Of a stretch of 64,000 nt of DNA, positions 1-11,478 are shown in pieces; within the stretch, counting starts at the first letter, position 1; each line of letters opens with the position of its first letter. The notes beneath the pieces were generated by a model, which was not told the origin of the DNA, did not search any database, and worked only from the letters and a program-made list of their open reading frames with translations. The DNA is taken from assembly GCA_001643675.2 (NCBI GenBank), contig LSRY02000027.1, positions 372,001 through 436,000 on the forward strand, in the 5' to 3' direction. This DNA is from Monocercomonoides exilis PA203. Taxonomy: Eukaryota; Protista; Preaxostyla. The translations under genes and the position numbers were made by a program.

Positions 1-25
1 TTCCCCAACAACATCCTCTTTTTCT

Positions 26-2801
26 ATGCCAGCAACTTCTTTCTCTCCTTCTCTTTCTCCTTCTCTTTCACCTTCTTCTTCTTTTTCACCTTCTTCTTCT
101 CTATCTCCTTCTCTTTCACCATCTTTTTCTCCATCTCAAACTCCCTTTCATCAGTTTTCTCAAACACCTTCTCCTTCTCCTTCTCCTTCCTCATCTGCAC
201 ATGTTTCCAATTCTTCTTCTCCTTTTCTGACGCCATCGTCTTCACCTGACCGCAGCTTGTCTCAAACAAAACGATATTCTCCTTCATTGATTGATAGAAG
301 GAGACACAGAGAAGAAAGAGGAGGAAGAAGAGGAGGAAGAGGGGGAAGAGGTGGAAGAGAAGAAAAAGAGGAGGAGGAGGAGGAGGAAGAGAAAGGAGAA
401 AGAGGAGGAAAAGAGGAAGAAGAGGAAGAAGAGGAGAAAGAAGGATCAAAGAAGACGAAAAGAGGGAAGGATAAGCGGAGCAGCAGAAAAGGAAAGAAAG
501 AGGAAGACAAAGAGGAAGACAAAGAGGAAGGTGAAGAAGAAGAGAGAAAGGGAAATGAGAAGGAAGAAGGAAACAAAGGAGAAAGTGAGATGAAAGTCAA
601 CAAACAGAAAGTTGGGAAGACTAACAGAAAGATTGTGATAGAAAAAGATGAAGAGACAACAGAAGAAGAGAAAGAAGATAAAAAAGAAGAGAAAGAAGAA
701 GAAGGGAAAGAAGAAGAAAAAGGGAAAAACGAAGAAGAGGAAGAAGAAGAAGAAGAAGAGAACAAGGAGAAAGAGAAGCAGAGGCAGAAGAGAAGGAGAT
801 ATAACAAGTCTGTGATAGCTATTGATTCACCAGATACAAGTGAAGAGGAGGAGGAGGAAGATAAAGAAGAGAAAGAGGGGAAAGAAGAAAAAGAAGAGAA
901 GGATGAGAAAGAGAAGGAGAAGGAGAAAGAGAAAAAAGAGAAAGTGAATGAAGCAACCAACATATCAAAATCTGCCAACAAGCCAAAAGAATCCCTTGGC
1001 ACAGAAATTGAGCAGACACAAATAGAAAACAGCGAAGCAGATGCGACTCTTCCTGTTTCCTCTTTTGGAGCATCTTTCTCATTCACTTCACCATTCATTC
1101 ATCAAAACACATCAAAAGTGACTTCTTCTGATTCTTCATCACCTTCAACAACAACGGCATCATCATCATCTTCTTCTTCTTCTTCTTCTTTATCACCAAC
1201 GTCTTCGTCTTCTTTATCTTCATCTCCAACTTCTTCATCTGCTTCTGCTGCTTCTTCTCTTCCTTCAACCAAAAGTGGCAATGAAGAAATCAACAGCACA
1301 GATTCACCACAAACAAAAGAGAAAATTCCTTCTTCTGCTTCATCTTCTCAAACAACATCATCATCAACTGCTTCTCCTTCTTCATCTTCATATTCAGCCT
1401 CTTCTTCATCAAACAACATTACTTCGACACAAAAACCATCAAATTCTTCCTCTTCTTCTTCCCCTTCCTCTTCCTCTTTATCTTTATCTTCCTCCTCTTC
1501 TTCCTCTTTATCTTCCTCCTCTTCTTCCTCTTTATCTTCTTCTTCCTCCTCTTCTCCATCTATTTTGTATCCAACCCCCCAAAAGCCTCTTTCCGACAGC
1601 TCCTCCACTCCTTCTGCCAGCCCCACCAGCACATCCACTTCATCTTCTTCTTCTGCCCCTTCTTTCACTCCCTCTCGCATCCTCCGCTCAACCCCTCCCC
1701 CTTTAATTATGCCTTTTTCTTCTCAATCATCATTGTCTTCATTGTCTTCATTGTCTTCTTCTTCTCTCTCTTCATCTTCTCTTGCACAATCACTTGGGAT
1801 TGGAATAGGATCATCTTCAAATGGAGATAGTTTTGCTTCTTCTTCTTTCTTCTCCTCTGTCCTTCCTCCATTCAATCTCGAAGATTCCTTATCTTCTTCA
1901 GTATCATCATCATCCTCCTCTTCCTCTTCTTCTTCTTCCAACCCAGATTCCATTGATGATTCATCCTCCTCTTCCCCCTCCTCCCCCGCCACCCCCTCCT
2001 ACTCCCTCTTTTCCCCCTCTGCCTACTCCCTCTCAATCACCAGCGCCTACACCCACCTTTCCCGCACGCGTCCCACCCGCTCCGGCTTCCTCAACCTCGG
2101 CAACACCTGCTACATGAACTCCACGCTTCAGTGCTTCTGCTCTTGCTTCCCCTTCCTCCGCGCCCTCCAGCGCCTTCCCCTCCCCACGCACCCAGAGACG
2201 GCTGCCCAGCTGTGCAAGACACTCGACATGGCCACACACTCACAGCCGAGGGGGATTAATCCAAAGGCAACGGTGAGTCTGCTCTGGGACGAGCTCCATC
2301 TGACAAGAGGAAGACAGCAAGATGCACACGAGTTCTTGAGACTGCTGCTGGAGTGCTTAAGAACGAAGTATGAGGAGACACAGAAGGGAATAGTGGGACA
2401 GTTGAAGAGGATGAGGCAGTGCAAGTTGAATGGCAATGAGGAAGGAGGTGAAATGGTATTGTGATAATGATTGTTATTATTATTAACAAAATTATTTAAC
2501 GTTCTATTTTTTGTATTCATTTTATTATTAATCTTTCATTTTTCTATTAACATTATAGTCAAACATGTCATTGCGTTCGCCTTCTCTTCTCCGATCTCCT
2601 TCTCCAAAACCTCCTTCCCTTTTTTCTCCTCCTCTTTCTGTTTCCACACGTCGCCGTTCTCTTCGCTCTCAATCACCTTCTGCCTCTTCTTCTTCTTCCT
2701 CTTCCTTTTCAACTGGAAATGGCACTTCATTCAATTCTCTTGTATCTCCACCTCACTCTCTCTTCTCTTCTCTCTCTTCTCTTTCGTCATTATCTTCTTC
2801 C

Positions 2802-2834
<33 letters not shown>

Positions 2835-5800
2835 GCTTTCCAGTTTCCTTTCCTCAGCCAGCAGACAAACATCTCATCTTCTCAGCCATCATTAAATGAC
2901 TCTTCTTCTCTTTCTGATTCTTCTTTATCTTCATCATCATCTTCTTCTTCTTCATCTTCTTCTTTTGATTCTTCATTCCCATATACTTTCTGCCAGCCAT
3001 CTGAAATATACTCAAAATGCTCCTATACACTCACTACAGCTGAAGAACTGATGCAAACTGAATGCGGCCTGTTGAATTCAAAAGGAAGAGGCAAAAATTC
3101 ATTTCTGAAAAAAAACAAGAAAAATAATTTGAAAGAGAAAGAACAACAACAGAGGAAAGAGAATATTCATTCAAAAGGAGATGCAATGAATGATTCATTC
3201 ACTCCAACACATTCTGACAGAAACAGCAACACTTCACCTTCCATGTCACTTAAATCTTCCTATTCACCCATTTCAACCTCAACTCCATCTTCCTCCTCTT
3301 CCTCCTCTTCATTCCCCACCATCACCGATGACCTCCTCCTCTCCTCCTCCATCTTCCACAACCCGATCACCTCCACCTTCCGCGGCGAGCAGCAGACCAT
3401 CCTCCGCTGCGTCTCCTGCTCCCACAGCACCACCTCCACACAGGAATTCTTCGACCTCTCTGTCCCCATCAAGTCTTCCCTCATGTCCTCGTTTCGCACC
3501 CTCTTCCGCCCTGAGTGGATGAGGGGGGAGAACAAGTTCCAGTGCGAACGCTGCCGCACACAGACCGAAGCAACCCGCCGTGTCATCTTCTCCTCCCTCC
3601 CTCCTGTGCTCACCCTCCACCTCAACCGCTTCGCCTTCACCCACCGCACCACCAAGAAGGTCACATCTGCCTGCCGCATCCCAACCTCCTTCGCCTTCGA
3701 CCCTGCCGTGCTGTCCCCTGAGTGCAAAGAGAGGAACTGTGTGTATGCTCTGGTGGGAGTGGTGATACACGTTGGGGTGCAGCCGTCGGCAGGGCATTAC
3801 ACAGCGCTGGTGAGAGTGGACGACCCGCTGGCGAGCCTGCCAGACACACAACAGATGGAACAGTTCATTCAGATGAAGAGGAGGTGCGTGGAGGAGCAGC
3901 AGAGGTTCATTGCAATGAAGGAAGAGGAAGAGGAGAGGAAAAAGATGGAGGAGAAGAAGAGGAAGAAGGAGGAGAGCTCAAAGGGAGCGAGGAAGAAGGC
4001 AGGGAAGAGAAGAGGGAGAGGAAGTGAAGAGAAAGAAGAAGATGATGATGATGGAGAGGCAGAAGGAGGAGAAGGAGGAAACAAAGAAGGAGGAGAAAGA
4101 GAAGGAGAAGAAGCGAATGAGAAGGATTCAAGACACAATGAAGAAGCAACAGTGCATCTGCCACCAGAATATGAATGGAGGGGTGTTGATGGCCTTGAGG
4201 CAACAGTGGAAGAAGTGGAAGGCGAAGAGAATGAGCTGAAGATGAAGATGCAGAAGAGGCAAAGGAAGATGGGGATGCGAGGGAGTGAGGGAGGGAGAGA
4301 AGGGAAAGCAGAAGAGGAACCGGAGGAAGGCGATGGAGACGAATATGATGATGAAGACGACAACCAGATTGAAGAAGAGATAGATGAAGACGCATGGAAG
4401 AAGGAGTTTGAGGAAGAATATGCACAGCAACTGGGATCAGTTGCGAGCAATTTGCATTTTGGATACAGCGGAATAGGAGAAGAGGAAGAGGAGGATGAAG
4501 AATTGTATGAAGAATTATGTGAAGAGGAAGAAGAAGGTGCTGAAAAAGAATTGGAGAGCTTGAAGAATTCCGATGACATTAGCACACTATCCAAAGATGA
4601 AGCAATGAACTTGTTATCTTCCTCTGCATCAGACATAAAACCAACCATGCCACTGAAAGAAGAAGGCAACAGTGTTATTTCCTCACTCGATCTTCCTTCA
4701 TCCTCCACCGCATTCATTCCAACTGCCCAGTCTCATCAGCAATCACTTCAATCCAACTCTGCTGCTGACACAACTTCTGCTTTCCCCTTAATTCACTCTT
4801 CAATTCCCTCTCTTTCTGCACCAGAAGCAACACATGCTTCTGAAGCTAACCCGTTTTATTCAATCTCTTCTTCTGATAACAATAGCAATGATATTAGCAA
4901 CAACATATTGAATCAAGAACTGAAGCCAATTGTGAATGCATCCACAAACAGTTCAGCACCTTTTTCTTTGAATTCTCCTTTTAAATCAAACAGCCAGCCA
5001 GCAAAAGTTGTCACTTCTCCTTTCTCTTTGCTTTCACCGCAACAATCGAATAATTCATCACCTTCTTCTTCTTCTTCTTCTTCTTCTCTTTCTTCTTCTT
5101 CCACACACTCATTCACTCTAAATATCCCTCCTCCTCTTTCAGACACCTCATCTGCTTCTTCATCTCCACCAACCAACAACAGCATATCCACTGCGAATTC
5201 TTCAAATGCTCTTTCTTCTCTCTCTTTCAACACAACAAGCACATCACCTTCTCCTCTTCCAATTCCTCTTCCTTCTTCTTCTTTATCACCTTCACCATCT
5301 CCATCATCATTATCATCATCATCTTCTTCTTCTTCTTCAAATGTTGAGATGTCTTCTTCTCCATTGTCTGTGTTTCAGAGATATGATCCAGCCATTCATT
5401 CACCTCACTCTGCACCTTCTGCTTCACCTGCCATCTTCCCTGTCCTTTCATCTGATACACCCACACCTGCATCTTCCTCTTCTCTCTCTTCCTCCTCTTC
5501 TTCTTCCTCTTCCACTCATTTCTCTCTCATTGCCATTTCTCCTTCTCCTTCCCTCCATCAGCAGTCACTCACAGGCACCGAGTACACTTCCATGCCCTTC
5601 GTAGCTGCACAATATCCTTTCCCCCATCCTTCTCCACCTGCCGTGTTTCCTGCCCCTTCTCCCTTCATCTTCACACCTGCTGAAACGCCCACTGCTTCTT
5701 TCTCTGCACATTCATCGCATTCTCAACAGGCTCCTTCTGACTCTTCTTTCTCTGGATTTGCTTCAGCACAGACATCTGCTCCATTCACTTTTCAGACTCC

Positions 5801-8800
5801 TTCATCAGCTAAATCATTATCTTCCTCTTCTTCCTCTTCATCTTCCTCTTCTTCATCAACAGCATTGTCCTGTCTTCAACCAGAATCTGCCTTTGCCCCA
5901 CCCGACAGAAGCATCATCCACATCTCTCCTCCATCATCATCATCACCCATCCCAATCGCTGCTCCTGTGCTCAAGCCAACTGCCTCTGTCCTGTCTGACC
6001 CATTCATCATCTCCTCTTCCCTCTCCTCTCTCACTCGCCCTCTGACACCTGCCCAGATCACCAGCATCCAACAGACGGTGCCACTGCAACACAGACGCTG
6101 TGCACATCTGAACAGAAAGCTGTTTAAGATGATTCAGAAAGCACAGGAACACTTTGTTGCTTCGGCAGCTGCACCGAACATCAGACGGCTGGCTATGCAC
6201 AAGGCAAAGGAAATGGCGCAAGTGAAGAGAGAAAGAAGGAAGGAGCTGAAGGGGAAAGAGCAGAGAAGATTGAAACGAAACACGGCAAGTGTTGCTTCAA
6301 GAAGGAGAGGGTTGAGAAACGAGAAGAAAGAAGAAGAGGAGAAGAAGAGCATTGATGAGAAAGAAGAGAAAGATGAGAAAGATGAAAAAGAAGAGAATTT
6401 GAAGAGAAAAGCAAGTCGAACGAATCAAAAGCAGTCTCAGGCAAAGACTCATCAAGTTCCGAAGTTGAATAGGAAGCGATCATCAAATGGAAGATTTCTC
6501 AAGAAAATAGAGGCAGACGAAGAAACATCAGCTGCAAAAACTGAAGAGGAAGAGGAAGAAGAGGAAGGAGAAGAAGAAGAAGGAGAAGAAGAAGAAGAAG
6601 AAGCAAAATCAAAAGACAAAAAGAAAGAGAAAGAGAAAGATAGAGAAGTTGATGTTGTGACAGTAGCAGATGTTCCTTCAGCACACGAAGAAGGAGATGA
6701 TGAAGAAGAAAAAGAAGAGGAAGAGGAAGAGGAAGAAGAGCAATCAACACAGAAAGACAAAAGAAACAAACGAAGAAAAAGGAGTATTCAATCAGGTAGA
6801 AGCAGCAGTCGCTCAGAAAGGACAAGAACAAAGAGAAGCTCATCCAAACAGGAAGCTCACTCAGAAAAGAGCGAAGGAAGTGGAAGACATGGAAGAAAGA
6901 TCTCAATAATTGCAAAGGATGACGAAACATCGAATTGTGAGAAAGAGGATGACAAACAGGAAGACAGCAGTGAAAGTGAAGAAGAAGCAGCAAATAATAA
7001 TGATGGTGATCACTTGGTAAAGAAGCCAATTAAAAGAGCATCAAGACAAAGGGCAAAGAGAAGCAGAACAGTTAGAACGAACAAGGATCAATCAAATGCA
7101 AACAACGAGGTTGAATTGTCTTCAACAGATGACAGCGAGGCTGTTTCAGAAATAACAGAGTCACAACTCATTGGGAAGAAAAGAAGGAGAGGAACTGTGT
7201 TGGTTGATGTGGATGCTGAAGAAGAAGAAGAGGAAGAGGAAGAAGATAATACTGAAGAAGATTGTGGCGATAATAAAAAATCAAATGAAGGAGAAAACAA
7301 AGATGTTAACAAAGATATAACAAACAAAGCAGAAGACAAAAAGATAACGATTGATGATGAAGCCGAAGAAGCTGCAGTGGCAGCAGAAGATAAGACAGTT
7401 ATATCTGTTGAAGAGAACGAAGGCAATTCTGCTCAAGGAAAAAGACAGCGCATTTGTGTGATTGACACTCCAGGCAAAGCGAACGAGCTGCATGATTTGA
7501 CAGAGGAGAGTGTTGTTGAGATAAAAGAGCCATCAAACACTCTTCAGAGAAAGAAGAAGCGTGTTTCTGAAGAATTGAGTGAGGATCCAATCAAAATACC
7601 AGACGCATCACGTCCTTCACAGCAAGTGAATGCCCCGCCAGCGGCTGAAGCAGAAAAGGAGAGCAAAATCAAAATGAGGAGAAGAAGAGCATCAGAAAGA
7701 GAATTGATTTCGTTGGGCATTATTGACGAGCAGGCAAAGAGAATGCCGATGACTCGGAACAAAGGACTGAAGAAGGAGGAGAGCAAAGACGATGGCCAGT
7801 CAATCTCAACAAGATTGAGGAGCAGAGAGACTAAGAAAGAGGAGAAGAAAGGAGAGAGAAATACAAGATTGTTCCAAAAGGTTGAAAGTGCTCAAAGGAA
7901 AGAGGAAAGCCACAGAAGAAAAGAAGAAAGGAAAGGCAACGAAAAAGAAGTGATTCAAGTGACAAATTCAGATGAGACACAGAATCACAGCACGCGAAAT
8001 AGAAAACAACAAGCTAATCAAAAGACAGAGAAACGAGAAAAACAGAATACAAAAACGATGTCGCAAACAAAACGAAGTAAAGAGAGAAGAGCTGCCAACA
8101 GCAAAGCCGAAATTTTGGAGAGCATATTGAAAGAAAACGACACAACTGATGGTTCCGAAAGCAGCGATCTGTTTCCTCAGTCAGAAGAAAAAGAAGTGAA
8201 AGAAAGCAGAAGCAGAAGCAGAAGCAGAAGAAACAGGAGAGAGAAAACGAAAAATGGAGCTGGAACTGCAAAGAAAGAGCATTTGGACAAAGAAAGTGAA
8301 AATGAGAAGAAAGAAGAAGCAGACAAGAAAGAAGAGGAGAAAGAGGAAGAAATAGAGGAAAAAGAAGACATTGAACAAGAAAGTGGTACAGATGAATTTG
8401 AAGATGAAGAAGATGAAAGCAGTTTGTTTGAAGATGAATACGGACGCCCTCAGATGTCACGAATTGTCATTCCTGCTTTTCTGTTGATATTCAAAAAGGA
8501 AATAATGGCAAGAAACGCAAAGATAATAAGCGACCGAATATATCGCCACGAAATGATGAAGAAGCGAAGAAGACTCAGAGAAGCCAAAAAGATGAGAGAA
8601 ACATTGATTTCTTCATCTTCATACAATCAGAAATCCAAATCAAGCAATTCTTTGCCTTCAGGCAATTCTTCTGGCTCACTCGCCATGTCAAATGCCTCAA
8701 CACCCGCTTCATTCACTATCCACACTTCACCCCACACTCCACTCTCAAAGCCATTGGCAGCACATGCCAAGTTCCAACTGCTCACTTCACAAGACGATAC

Positions 8801-10328
8801 ACCTTTTGAGCAGACGCTGCATCAGCAGCACTTCGAACCACTGGTCCAGATGCAAAATGGAGCAAGCTCAAAAGAGTTGATTCCTTCGACTTCTTCTTCA
8901 TTCACAACATCAACACCCTCAGGAAAATCACATTCAGCTATCTCTTCTTCCTCTTCCTCTTCTTCAGCTTCACTTTCATCAGCAATGCGTGTGATGCCCT
9001 TGTCAATCACCCCAGTTCCTCTCTCTTTCTCTTCCATCACATCGTCTCCTCCTTCCATCCAGAAGCAGTTCACACATTCACTCACACACTCTCATTTTCT
9101 CTTCCCGTTTCTGAACCGTTTGGCGAGCACAGACCACTCTGGTGCTTCTCCACAGACATCAGGCACTGCAGATATTTCTCCATATCACTCAAGCTCTTCC
9201 TTCAGCAAGCTCTATCTGTCTCCTTCCTCCTGCTCTCTCTTCTCCTCTTCAAATGGCATCATCCCCAACCAGATCCCCCTTCTCCCTGTACCTCTACCTG
9301 AGCCATCGCTGTCACTCCCTTCAGAAAAAGCGATTCTTCAGAATGCTTCTATTGCAGTGTATCTGTCTTCAAAGCTTGCTCCAACTACTTCCACTGCCTC
9401 TCGAACTGTGTCTGGCTCAAATAGCTATTGCTCTTCATCTGACCGCCGAAGCCCACCTCCACGTGGCCGATCGCCTGCTCCTTCCTCTTCCTCCTCTAAT
9501 TCGCGTGGAAAGGGCCGCTCTTCCCCCGCACCTGCATTTGCTATCACACCACCTCCTCTGCCAGGCTTTGCAGATGAGTCTGAAGTGCTCGCCACATCAA
9601 TTCGAGGGCGATCGCGTTCAGCATCGCCATCCAGTTTTGCACCAGCTTCATCTGCTCATTCTACTTCACATTCGACTCATCAGCCTTCTTCTTCTTCGTC
9701 GTCGTCGTCCTCTGGTGCTTCAGGTGCTCCGAATGGAGTGCTTTCAGATCGGAGAAACAGATTTAGCTCAACTCTTCTTTCTCCTCCTCGTGTTCGCTCT
9801 TCACAGTCACTTGGCTCGGCAGACGGCGTGCTCAAGTCTTCTTTGGATATGCCCGGATGTCTCAACGGAAATAGCTCATCCCAACCAAATTCGGCTGTGT
9901 TTGCACCAAAACCTTCAAAGAGATCGAACTCTCCCCCTCCCTTTTCATTCACTCCACCGCCAGGACAGTCTTCTCAATCAACATCATCATCATCAGCTTC
10001 ACAATCCTCTATGCTTCCCAACCCGTTTTCTTCAAAGGCTCGTTCGCGTCCTTCAACTCCATTTGCATCTTCTGCTCAATCTGATGACACTGCCTCATCG
10101 ACTTCTGATCCACTGACATTTACTCTTCCTGAGATTTTGACATTGGCGCTTTCAGCCAACCGCGGTGAGTGGATTCTTTGTGATGACTCAGACGTGACAA
10201 GAGTTGCGCTTTCGACACTTGCACACACGTTGAATGGAACACGCAACACTTCACACACACCTTATCTCTTGTTCTACACACGCATTGACCCTCCTGATGA
10301 GTACAAGCAACTGGCAGAAGAAGAATGA
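26..10328 (+). CDS. Ubiquitin-specific protease (peptidase C19), USP1-like; 2 exons (<=26-2455, 2559-10328), ~3,400 aa; 5' end may lie upstream of the window
   Basis: Exon 1 has the Cys box GFLNLGNTCYMNSTLQC (Cys at 2108-2110) and QQDAHEFL. Exon 2 has Zn-ribbon CVSC/CERC, LPPVLTLHLNRF, the His box VVIHVG...GHYTALVRV (His at 3795), WILCDDSDV (Asp at 10182) and TPYLLFY. The two ORFs are joined in frame by a phase-0 intron. The frame is open back to position 2. Confidence 0.93.
2456..2558 (+). other. Spliceosomal intron of the USP gene (103 nt, phase 0)
   Basis: ATG|GTATTG donor, AT-rich body, TATTAAC branch-like motif, TATAG|TCA AAC ATG acceptor. Removal fuses ORF 26..2464 to ORF 2565..10328 in frame. 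Confidence 0.9.
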
Positions 10329-10919
10329 AAAAAAAGCTCATCGATGTTTTCTTTGATTATGTCAAAAAAAGAAAGATATTATTTTTTGTTTATCTTAATA
10401 ATTATTCATTGTCTTTCATAAGCATTGATAAGAATTTAGAAAAACGACTTTCGATTTGATGGTCTTTTATTAATTATTGAAATGTAAAGTATTTACAAAA
10501 GCTTAATTAATATTTCTTTTCTTCACTTCTCAAAAAGAAATTGTTAAAATCGACAACAAACTAATCAGCTTTTGCAAAAATGAAATTGTTGAGAAAAAAA
10601 AGTTTTGCCTTAAATAATGTTAAAAATAGTGCTATCAAAAAAGATGCAACACAAAAATGCAACGAAAAAAGAAGCATCAAAGACCTTGAGGCATTTCAAA
10701 CTCAACAAAACAGAAGTTGACCAAATGTCAATGATTATCGATGCAAAAATATAGAAAATTGCATCAATAAAAAATAAATTCAAAACAAACCATTGAAAAA
10801 AAAATCAAAGAAACTGTAATTAACGAATTACCAAGCCTTTCTCACCTCATAATATATCAAAAAATGCTTAAGAAGCAAAACATTAGATTAAAAGAAAAAC
10901 ATGAGTTTCAAACAAAAAT

Positions 10920-10930
10920 AAAAAAAAAAA

Positions 10931-10970
<40 letters not shown>

Positions 10971-10975
10971 AAAAA
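10920..10975. repeat. Poly(A) plus (GAAA)10 microsatellite
   Basis: Directly visible between the convergent USP and 5-TM genes. Confidence 0.9.
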
Positions 10976-11478
10976 GTGAGATGAAACTGATAAGAAATGA
11001 CGAATACTGATGTGATAGAAAGACATATTGTTGTACAGTGCTCTGTGCTCAATATGCAAATGAAATGGAAATAACATTAAAATGTGTCTAAAGAAATAAA
11101 GAAAAAAGGGAGAAACATTACAAAAAAAAGTTGTGGATTTGAAGGAGAAAGATGTATTCAGTAGCAAATGATGTAATATTTCGTAGCAAAAGTATCACAA
11201 AAGAGTAAGCAATTAAAGAAAGAACTGATAAAGAATGTTCTCATTACTATTTGAATGGATAATAATGTCACTGAAAAAACTGCAAATAAGATTGAATGCA
11301 CGATGACATCAATTGAAAATAGCATTCATAAAGACAAAACGAGCAATGATTGAAGCACAGTTGGATGCTTCACTAAAATTAATCCACATACCAGCACAAA
11401 TAAAAAGAAAGAAGAACAAACACTTTCAAGCTTGAAAATGAAAAAGAAATAGGTTTGCTTTATAATAATTTCTACCAT

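Noticed and set aside
1481-1545. 24-bp tandem unit (SLSSSSSS) x~2.5, and similar short arrays
   Set aside because: Slippage within a coding Ser tract; no spacers, so not CRISPR-like.
2471-2899. Very hydrophobic 142-aa ORF resembling a membrane protein
   Set aside because: Starts inside the intron and reads the poly-Ser exon in another frame.
24-10341. Numerous antisense and alternate-frame ORFs (poly-Leu, poly-Phe/Ser, poly-Glu, poly-His) over the USP gene, and likewise over the HECT gene
   Set aside because: Shadow ORFs produced by stop-poor TCT/GAA repeats; no independent motifs.
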